DNA of 64,000 bases from Macrostomum lignano (taxonomy: Eukaryota): the NCBI GenBank assembly GCA_002269645.1, contig NIVC01000827.1, positions 1-64,000 of the forward strand, read 5' to 3'. The notes beneath the pieces were generated by a model. The model searched no databases, had not been told where the DNA came from, and saw only the letters and a program-made list of their open reading frames with translations. Numbering within the stretch: the first letter of the stretch is position 1; each line of letters begins with the position of its first letter. Positions 53,941 to 64,000 of the stretch are shown here, in pieces. The position numbers were made by a program, and so were the translations under genes.

Positions 53941-55484
53941 TCCTGCTCGAATATACTAAAAATCAAAACTATGTACCTACCTATCTATAGGAACCTTCGT
54001 TTAACTTGACTTTGCGTGGTCTGAATTTTATGGGATTTTCTGCATTCGATGCGTATTGATGGTGCGCTGGTACACAACATTTTTCTAAGAAATTGCTTCA
54101 TTTTTTTGGGATTAAATATTCGAAAAAGTCGATTTTTACCCCGTGTGATAAAAAGGCAATTAGATAAATAGCATGCACGGTGAGCAATTATTTAGGCCCT
54201 ATACAAACCTACTTGGAGCGTTCGGAGATTTTAAAGCTATTGATCCTAATCGCCTATCGCCGGTCGGCGAGTTCTACCAGTCTTCTCCAATAGCCGCAGG
54301 TACAGTACAAGAAAATAAAGAACACGAGGGAACACGAACCAAAAGATTTAGAAAGTGATAATCCTATAAGAATAGCTAATAAGCAATTGACTTGACGGTT
54401 TAATTTGACACATTCAATAGTTACAAAATTCAAATTCAAAGCGGCGCAGATAACTAGAGTTGACAAAACGACGATAACGGTTAATAATAATAATTTGATT
54501 ACGCAACTGGCAAGCAGATCTCAACTGAGAAGAGGAAGAGGAACCGAACAGGACCACGGAGAAGACTCCTAACCCCTGGCCTAAACCAGAACCTACACTC
54601 AAACGAGAGCCCTGCCGAATCGACCGTTCAACGGAGTACTGACTAAATTCTATCAGCACTGCCCTTCAGTGTGACACTGAGGCCCTCGGGGTCGAGGCCG
54701 CGTACTTGATCAGATCCGACAGTCTCTATCTAAACCGCGCTTGATAGCGACGACGTCAGACAAGGATGCCGAATCGTTACGCTACAAGACTGAAGCGGTT
54801 GGGCGGGGAACAAAGTATGGACCGGGGTGACGAAATCAAACGCCTCAAAGCGCGAACCAAAGGGAAACAGGCCACCGGCCGGGAAGCTGGAACACAAATC
54901 AAAACCGGGGACGGAGCAGGAAAGAGAAGGCGAGATCTGATTGCCAAACACACTTTCATATATAGTCAGAGTCACAACCCCTCAAAACCCCCCTCAAGCC
55001 GGGCGGTGGTCGTCTGGCCGGCCGCTTGCTTAAGCCGAATTGCACTGTGCCCGCGGCGCCGGGTAGAACTGGAACTTGCCGCGTGCCAGGGTCCAGGCCG
55101 GTTCTGATTGGCTGGCCGCGCAAAGCTGGGGTTCGCAGACAACTCAACCCTCCGCTGAGTCACAAATGGCGTCTGACTTCTAACCTGTTTACGCAAAATT
55201 GATTCTAACTAACAAGGAAAAAGTACACCAAAAACGTATGACTAAACTAATGCAAAATAACAATTCAATAACAATAATGCAAAACCTAACTAATAGAATA
55301 CAAGGCTATCGCAAAAGATGCTCACACTACACCCGTTTTTTAAAGTTCAAACAGTTCTTTCCAATTGAGAAGCATTCTGACTCCCGATGGATTTGTATTG
55401 CATCATAACTCAGTGCCAACTATAGCATTGGTTCTCTACACTCGCGTGGAGAGCTACAAGCGTTGAAAGGTTGCGCAACACATT

Positions 55485-56152
55485 TTACAGAACCTCAAAA
55501 ATGTCAACAGAAAACTTTTATAACGAGCGTAATTACTCCAGAAAAAACAAAAAACACAACAGTACAGTACAGAAGCAGATGAAACAGATAACAAGCAAAT
55601 TATCAAACAAGCGAACAACATTAAAATCATTCATCGGTTGGCAGACTTGTCATCTTGCTGACAGCATGGTCGCCATGAGCTGTGCAAAGTTGCCTGTGGA
55701 TGTCAGCCAATTTGGTTCCGGAGCTCCAAAGTGTAAAGATGGCATGTCGCTGCCCAGTCTTTGAATGCACATCCATTTGCAGTTCACAATTGAAAATTGA
55801 ATGTCAATAAACTTTGCAGGCGCAGCAGAAGCAGTTTTACAAGTCTCGTAGTTTTTGAGACAGCCCCTCTCGTTCACTGCATCACATTTGGCCATAGACA
55901 GCCCATGATTACGAAAAAATCGATAAACTCGTAAAAGTTTTCTGTTGACATTTTTGAGGTTCTGTAAGTCTATGACTGACCTTTCTCTACTTAATCGTCC
56001 ATATCTCTTGAAGCACAGATCCAAATCTCTTGCAATTGGTGTCATTTTAAAGAAGAGACTTGCCGCTTTCAAATGACACCAAGCACATGCAAGTGTGACT
56101 GTCCATACGTCCACACCAAGCAAAAGTAACACTACTTTCCGGACGCCCCTCG
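55485..56152 (-). mobile_element. mariner-like non-autonomous DNA element remnant
   Basis: - strand end TA|CGAGGGGCGTCCGGAAAGT (mariner-type terminus) at 56152; internal 36-bp inverted repeat 55485-55520 / 55932-55967; matching opposite TIR not found. Confidence 0.45.
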
Positions 56153-57019
56153 TAGATATTGAAATTGAGGGGCGGGTGTCACTATTCAATTAGTCCTAGG
56201 CATTGGCTTGGTTGTTAATTTTAATGGATCAACTTGCAGGCCTCTCACTGTAGCTGGCGCTGAATGTACACCTAATGAATTTGAATGCTTTAAAGCAGGA
56301 ATGTTCAATCGTTGTTTGTGCCTCGAGTTTTTCACTTTTAGAAGAGAGCCTTGCATTCCTGGAAAGAGCTAGGAGCGCTGAGTTCGGGAATATAATTTGT
56401 TTGCTGAGATTCGAAAAATTAAAAGCAGAGCATTAAAAATATGATTTTTATACTTTCTTACTTTTATATACTGATTGTACGCTCTCCCATATCGCAAACC
56501 CCTAGTTTATCGCAACTCCACAAGTCAAGCCAGCGCCATTGATAAAGCAAGGAGGGTCTGCTCAGTGTTGCGTAATAAATTCCAATACTATATGCTCTTG
56601 GCTGATATTGAATTCAATATAATCATTACCTTAGCTTACTCAGCGTGCCGTATCCAGACGCTGAACTGGCGATAAGCTTTTTAGCTCAGAACAGATGTAC
56701 ATATTTGAAATCCCCAACACTGGAGTCACGAGCGCTCAATTCATTGAAATTGCCGCGCACATTTCATTCACTTTGAATGTGCTTTTAAGGAAAGACTTTA
56801 GCCTGCCTTTTGAACTGCGTTTTCTATAAAGATTCATCTCATCAGCAAAATCTCAGCTTAATAATGCTCTCACCTACCTTTATTAGTACAGTGACAACTA
56901 CTGTCTTGATTAAACAGTTTCTGCCTACACCATTTGATACATAACTGAGATATCTGGTATCTGATACTAATTATCTAATGAATCGCCATTTATTATTACT
57001 TTTTACATTAAATTTTTAT

Positions 57020-57152
57020 TTCATACTTTAGTAGCGCAGTTTTATAATTATATTTGTAATTATTCATTCATACTTTAGTAGCGCAGTTTTATAATTATAT
57101 TTGTAATTATTCATTTATACTTTAGTAGCGCAGTTGTATAACTATATTTGTA
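57020..57152. repeat. ~48-bp AT-rich tandem repeat (3 copies) upstream of the Helitron ORF
   Basis: ATACTTTAGTAGCGCAGTTTTATAATTATATTTGTAATTATTCATT units. Confidence 0.85.
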
Positions 57153-57264
57153 AAAAGTAGCAACTACTACGAGCGTATTACAACTAGATTAAACTTTTAT
57201 TCCGTATTCTTTTTACCGTATTTCGTATATTTCTATCCGTACTTACTAAGTATCAATAATAGCT

Positions 57265-60200
57265 ATGGGTCGCCGTGGAGCAAGTCATTTAAAGAAAAGC
57301 CGTGACGCAAAAAAAGGCGACGTGAAGAATCTAGCGCTGAGCGCGAAGCCCGTTTGGAAACACGACGGCAGCGGGGCTCAGAGCGCCGAGCCCGTGAAAC
57401 TGACGCCGAGAGAGCTGCTTGGCTCGAGGAGCTGCGACAGCGGGACGCAGAGCGCCGGGCCTGCGAGACTGACGCCGAGAGAGCTGCTCGGCTCGAGGAG
57501 CTGCGACAGCGGGACGCAGAGCGCCGGGCCTGCGAGACTGACGCCGAGAGAGCTGCTCGGCTCGAGGAGCTGCGACAGCGGGACGCAGAGCGCCGAGCCT
57601 GTGAAACTGACGCCGAGAGAGCTGCTCGGCTTGAGGAGCTGCGGCAGAGGATTGCTGCCAACCGAGCCTGCGAGACTGACACCGAGAGAGCTGCCCGCCT
57701 GGAAGACATGCGGCAGCGAGAAGCTGACCGCCGTGCTTCCGAAACAGGATCCGAGCGTTTGAATCGTCTCGAGGCTGAGCTATTACGTCGCCGGAGCATT
57801 TGAGCTTCGATGTAAGTCTGCTGATCTAGACCTATAACGGTTACTCTTCGGCTTTTGTTGATTTAAACTGCACCGTTTTCTCTGGTCTCTTTTTTCCTTT
57901 TTGTATAGCTGATGATTGCATCTTTCTGTATTACCTTGAATTTTTGCATTTAATTTAAGCAGAGTTCATTAAGAAAACTTAAGTAAGACCTGCAAAATAT
58001 ACTTTACCTTTATCACTTCAGCCCCTTACATATCTTCAGTCACAATTTTTTTATTTGACTGACCATTTTCCCTCTCAATTTTAGACAGGAAAATAGTGAA
58101 CCCGCAGCAGCGGCTCAGGTACCTTTTAATCAATTAGGTATAGTTCCCATAGCCGGTGATGGAAATTGCTTTTTTCACGCTGTTTGTGATCAGTTGCGAG
58201 GCACCGCTCTTGAAACCGATGCTGCTTCATTGAGGCATAATTTGTCAAGCCGCGCGGCAGAGCTGGTACCACAGTTGATTGCCGAAGGCTTTGTTTTCCA
58301 AGAGAATGCGGATGCCATAATCGAAGCTTCATTTACAGAGGGAACTTATGTGCCTGATGAAATCGTGCCCCTTTTAAGTCGCTGCTTTCCAATAGACCTG
58401 GTTATTTACCAGCGCAATGGAAGTGTGCTGCAGCACTTTATGTCCTTCGCGCAGCCTCCTCTGGCTGTTGTGCGCTTGGTTCTGAGCAATGAACACTATG
58501 AATCTCTGAGACTCCGAGATCCTTTGCAGGGAATAGAGCCTATGGAGGACCGAGAGTTCCCCGTTCCTGCTGCAAGCAAAGCACCTGCTGCAAGGACCAG
58601 AGTCAACTGGCGCAAGAGACCTGCTGGCTCAGCTGCTGCTACTTCTGCTCCTGGCGCTCGTGCGGAGACTTAAGCTGGAAACGAAGCGGAAGCTCAGCAG
58701 AGGTAATGTCTGAAGGGCGGCGATTATGCTAAACAAGTTTTTACTCTTTATAATAATCCCAATAAATGACAGGGATCAGGCAAGTGAGCCACAAACGATA
58801 CTTAAGCAAGCATGCTTATTGAGGCTTTTATAACCGTTTTTACACAGAATTCCTAACTTTAATTTACTCTAAAGAGACACTTTCAGTGACTGGAAAAATG
58901 TTAATAAAATTAACTGACCCTCTGCCGAAAATTTATTGCAGGAACTCCGGCCAGCCAAGACTAGAAGTGCTGACACATCAGTGTGGCCGCATGAATTCTG
59001 TGTGCAAGTTCTGCGGCGCATTGCGCTGGGACAAGGAAGCCGAGTTTTGCTGCGCCAAGGGCAAAGTGAAACTGCCTGTCCGGACTGTTCCGCCAGTGTT
59101 GGCTGACCTGTACACCGGAAGGCATGACAAGAGCAAGGAGTTCCTGGCCAACATCAGGAGCTATAACTCGGTTCTGCACCTGACGTCATTCGGTGCTGAT
59201 CTGCGACCCACGCCTGGTGGTTGGAACCCGAGCTTTGTGATCAGCGGAAAGTTGTACCACAACACTGCGCCGCTGCTAGCTGATACTTCGAATGCGCCTA
59301 GGGGCTGGATGGTGTACTTTATGGACCGCGAGCTCGAAAGCCGCCTCAGCCTCAGCCAAAGAGTGAAGCCTGAGCTGCTGCAGTTGCTGCAATAATTGCT
59401 TCACGAGTGCAATTCATATGTGCGTAGTCTGCGGGCTGCAGCGCAGCGAATCAGCGAAGAGCCTCAGCTGTGCGATGCGCGGATTGTGATTTACCCAGAT
59501 CGACGCCCGGCTGGTGAACACATTAGGTAAGCTGCATTTTTCAAGCGTGGATATTTTAGTAGAATCTTCTAATATAGTAAATTTGATTGAAACCCCATGT
59601 CTGTCCACAACCAGGCGGTACAATGTGCCCACGGCAAACGAGGTTGGAATCCTAATTGTCGGGGATGCTGAGGAAGCACCGAACAGTCGTGAAATCGTCA
59701 TCCAACTGCGAGGAGGTGACACCAAGCGCATTTCTGAGACGCACAGATCCTACGATCTGCTAGAGTACGTCCTTCTGTTTCCGAACGGAGAGAGCGGCTG
59801 GCATCCAGAGCTTCGCATGACCAATGGCCGCAAACTGACGCCCATGAAGTATTACGCCAGCGAGATCATGGTGCGAGCCGACCAGTTCAACGTGCTGCAC
59901 CACGGCCGGCGGCTGTTTCAGCAGTACCTGGTGGATCAGGTGGCCAATATCGAGTCGGAGAGGCTTCTCTATTTGCGCACTCATCAGGACGACCTTCGCA
60001 GCGAGACCTACAGTTGGTTGCGTGATGCCCTGTTTGCAGCTGATGGACTGCAAACTGGCAAGGAGCCGAAGGAAATCGGCAAACGGGCGCCCGTGTTTCT
60101 GTCCTCAAGCTTCGTGGGCGGACCGCGATATCTGATGGAGCGGCTCCAGGACGCCATGACTTACTTACGTTCAGAAATTCGGCAAGCCGGATTTTTTCGT

Positions 60201-63200
60201 GACGGCGACTTGCAATCCGAAGTGGCCAGAGATCACCGCTGAACTGCTGCCAGGACAGCGGCCAGAGGATCGTCCTGATATCGTTACTCGTGTCTTCGAG
60301 CTTAAGAAGAAGGCCCTCGTGTCGGAGCTCAGACATCGCTTTGGAGTGGAAGCCGCGCACGTTTGTTCTCTGGAATACCAGAAGCGCGGTGAGTTCAATT
60401 GATGAGAAATAACTTATTTATTACACACTTTGCTTTCTGCTGAGTTCAAGCCTCACTGATGTTTCTACCTTGCTCTAGCTTGCTCCCTTCCAGTAAATAT
60501 TTTTTCTGATTTGACCTTCATTTCACTGAAGGACTTCCACATGTGCACTTTCTACTGTGGCTGGCTAGCGGACACCGAGTAACTCCAGATCGGTATGATG
60601 CGCTTGTGTCTGCGGAGATCCCAGACCCACAGCTTGAGCCGGTGCTGCATGAGCTGGTCAAGACGCACCTCATCCACGGACCATGTGGGGCGGATAACCC
60701 AGCCTGTCCCTGCATGGAGAAGGGGAAGTGTACCAAAGGCTTCCCGAAGGACTTCCAGTCGGTGACGATGTCTAGCGAAACCGGTTACCCGTTTTATCGG
60801 AGACTGTCACCAGAAATGGGCGGCTTCACCGTCGACAAATTATGCAAGGGCCAAACCATTCGTATGGACAACAGGTGAGTGAAAAAGAGGATTTCCACAT
60901 GAGTGAGCTGCCCGGCTGTCTTAGCACTATTTTAACAGCTAAGTTCTTACAATTCTGGTTAAGAAAATTCTAACATTGCTTCTTTCTTCTTAGCTGAAAA
61001 ATATACCATCTTGAATTTAAAGCATTCATTTATAATTCTTAACAAGCAACGAACCCGGAATTCCCTTCAAAACGCAAGGTGGGTCGTGCCATATAATCGA
61101 GAGCTGTTGCTCATGTTCAACTGCCATCTGAACGTTGAAGTTTGCGCGACGGTTCGAGCCGTGAAGTACATCATTAAATATTTACTAAAGAATGGCGACA
61201 TGGCAACCTTCAAAGTTGACGCTGCTAAGGATTCAGCGAAGCCCAGGCGCCTGCAGCTGCAGCTGAAAGTCAGCCGACAGATTCAAACAAGCAGCAGTGC
61301 ACTGCCAATGAGAAGGCTGCCAAAGAGCCACGAGACGAAATCGATGAGTACCTGTCTGGTCGCTACATCGGGCCCATGGAGGCTGTGAATACCATTTTGG
61401 GCTTTGAAGTAATTATCTTTTTGACTGTGACTTACAAACGTTCATTATAGTTATGCAGTGACAAAACTTTAGCTGTGTTTCCCGAGTGTTAACTTATTCA
61501 CTTCCCAAAGCTCTTTCGCCATTTTCACCATCTCCCAGGTGCACAACCGCTCCCCACCGGTCATTCGCCTCTGCGTACACAAGCCGGGAGAGCAGCTTGT
61601 GTACTTCAACGAGCAGACCGCGGCAGCCCAAGCGAGAGCGCCTCGAGATTCGACTCTGACAGCATTCTTCAAGTTGTGCCTCAGTGACGCTTTTGCTCGG
61701 CGCCTGCTCTACACGGAGGTGCCGTCCTATTTCGTCTGGCACCAAAGTGAGCGCGCGTGGCGCCGAGGCAAGATGGGCGACGAAGTCGAAGGTCACCCTG
61801 GTGTGAAGCGCAGCAAGAACATCTCTCGGATGTACACGGTGAGCCTGAGGGCAGGGGCCTGCTCCTCCTGCATGTCCGAGGGCCCACCAGCTTCGAGTCG
61901 CTGCACACGGTGGATGAAGTGCTGCACACGGATGCCAAATCTGCCTGCATGGCACTCGGTCTGCTGTCAAATCTCGCATGCCAAGAGCCCTCAGGCACCT
62001 ACTCGCTGTCAACCTGATCTGGGGAGAGCCGGATAGCGGACTGGACCTGTGGAACGCATTCGCAGAGGACCTTGGCGAAAATCTACGCTACCACAACCGT
62101 GATCTAAGTACAGAAGAGGTCACCGACACGACGTTGCGCCAGCTGCAAAGCCTGCTGACCTCTATGGGCGGTCGCAGCTTGCGAGAGTACGGGCTGCCGG
62201 CCGCCTCTGCCATGCCTCAAGTAGGGCCGATGCAGTTTGACACGGACGAGCAGGCTGAGATAGCGAGGACGCGCCTGCCAACGCTGACCGACGAACAGAG
62301 GGCCGTGTACGAGGCAGTGACTGCCGATCTGACTGCCGGCTCTGGCGGACTGCATTTTCTCGACGCTCCAGCTGGCTTAGGGAAGACCTACTTGCTTGAG
62401 GTTTTGCTGGCGTTTGTAAGAAGCCGCGGAGAAGTCACCCTGGCTGTAGCGTCATCTGGCATTGCAGCCACTTTGCTACCAGGTGGACAGACGGCGCATT
62501 CCACGTGAGTTTTAAACTTCATGGTTTTTTATTTTGCTACATTTTACTTTCTGCATGTATTGGTGCATAGTACATGTAATCTATCTATATAACTTCATGA
62601 TTCAAGGTCTTGATTTTTCTTTTAAGTTAATTCAAAGAAAGAATTATCAAAATTGTATGCAATTTTTGTCAGCTTCACAATCTGCCGATACAATCTCAGA
62701 AAATTGATTTCTACATTCAAGAAAAAATTCTGTTGGCCTGTGCACAACTTCATTCTCGCCAGTTTCAAGATCCCAGTTCGACTCGTTCGCTCGGAGAAGG
62801 ACGTCTGCTCGATTAGCTCGCAGTCGAAGCAAGCAGCGGTGTTGCGGACGGTTCGGCTCATCGTCTGGGATGAGATTTCAATGACCAACCGGAAGGACCT
62901 GGAGACTGTCGAACGAAGTCTGCGAGACGTACGAAGTCAAGATCGCCCTTTCGGTGGAGCTGTGGTTGTGTGCTCCGGAGACTTTCGACAACTGCTGCCT
63001 GTCGTGAAAAGCGGAACGCGAGCCAACAACGTGTTTGCGTGCGTCAGCCGATCCAAGTTTTGGCCATTGTTTCAGCGGCATCGCCTGAGGACCAACATTC
63101 GGCTGCTGAGGAGTTCCGATGCGGCACTGTATGAGCGCTACTCGAGACTTCTGATTCAGGTGGGATGTACTCTGTACTATTTATACCGTACTTTTGATTG

Positions 63201-63612
63201 CTGTAGGTTGTTTATTTTCTACCTGGCATGCCAATTGTGCTCCTGCGCAACCTCAACCCACCGCGGCTTTGCAACGGCACCCGACTCATTATCCTAGCGC
63301 TGCAAAGTGGCTGCCGGCCAGTTCACCGGCGATGAGATCCTGCTGCCGCGGATCCCTCTGGTGCCGAACAACGCGGACCTGCCCGTAGCATTCAAACGGC
63401 TGCAGTTTCCGGTGAAGCCAAGCTTTTGCCTGACTATCCACAAGTCCCAAGGGCAGAGCTTGGAGACTGTCGGCATCGACCTGACTGTGGGATGCTTTGC
63501 TCACGGACAGCTCTACACTGCTCTGTCTCGAGCCAAGAATGCAGCGAGTATCCGAGTCAGGATGCCGGGAACCACGACAAAGAACGTCGTTTATCCAGAG
63601 ATTCTCACATGA
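57265..63612 (+). mobile_element. autonomous-type Helitron Rep/helicase gene (OTU + Zn finger + HUH Rep + PIF1), multi-exon, defective
   Basis: Exons ~57265-57811, 58085-58702, 58942-59526, 59615-60388, 60532-60874, 61079-61408, 61539-62504, 62763-63612. Motifs: 69-bp charged N-terminal repeats; OTU GDGNCFFHAV...EHYESL; CKFCGALRW...CC; FFVTATCNPKW; EYQKR|GLPHVHFLLW; KYIIKYLLK; DAPAGLGKT; WDEISM; GDFRQLLPV; FCLTIHKSQGQS; HGQLYTALSR. Several frameshifts and a deletion near 63160-63205. Confidence 0.93.
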
Positions 63613-64000
63613 GATTAGAGCTGATTATGCATGACTTATAAGTATGTCCTTTTAGTTCTAATAAAGTATTATAGGGAAATGAAAACTGAAAGTTTAGACA
63701 ATAAATTAAGCATAGAGGATTTACACGCCTAAAGCAAAAGAATGTAGCCATCACGTGCTAGCACAAAGCTGACAAAAGGCCAGAAAAAATTCAATTTCAA
63801 TTTGTGAACTGGTTTTGAACAACGGTTTCTGTTCTGTCGATTTCACAACCTTAAATTTTACAACCTCAAAATCAGTTTTTCATTTCTCTGTCACGATATG
63901 TATCATAATTTACTTACAGCCTTTGATATGTATGTTACTATTATACTCTTACCGTAAATCTGTATAGTATGAAGGGAATTTGTAAGGTATTCTATTTTCA

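Noticed and set aside
54240-55164. Possible solo LTR on the - strand (TGT start at 55164, CCAAT and TATA-like motifs)
   Set aside because: No matching ACA end or TSD found; left unannotated.
55650-56189. 179-aa Cys-rich ORF on the - strand
   Set aside because: It runs across a mariner-type terminus and an internal inverted repeat and has no recognisable motif; probably a chance ORF.
63612-64000. 3' terminus of the autonomous Helitron at GTGCTAG (~63757)
   Set aside because: No convincing hairpin upstream and no T after CTAG; the true end may lie beyond the window.

Overview
Eukaryotic, repeat-rich animal DNA with GC-rich exons and GT-AG introns; nearly every intron and spacer is filled by its own minisatellite. 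The style resembles the flatworm Macrostomum (inference only). Single-base losses in homopolymer or GC runs break several reading frames and look like long-read assembly errors. Host genes are: a tight + strand cluster MTG2-UVSSA-NUP85 (1-11.5 kb); a 3-exon PDE1 on the - strand (13.2-26.2 kb); a PDZ-LIM gene (-); a secreted PAN-like/fibrinogen-domain gene (+) with an inverted pseudogene copy; and an orphan WSC-domain exon. The PDE1 11 kb intron holds an essentially intact APE-RT-RNaseH LINE with a 13-bp TSD and a TAATG stop-start overlap. From 33 kb onward the window is mostly nested transposons: non-autonomous Helitrons joined head-to-tail, a Tc1/IS630-like deletion derivative, an 8-bp-TSD MITE, a Penelope-like element with a minimal hammerhead ribozyme and an apparently unusual domain order, a decayed LINE copy interrupted by an intron-containing Crypton recombinase fragment, and an intron-rich OTU-Rep-PIF1 Helitron. 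Best leads: the Penelope domain order plus ribozyme, the Crypton fragment, a splice acceptor amplified 15-fold in MTG2 intron 1, a candidate trans-spliced operon, and (TAAC)n tracts as shared transposon landing sites.
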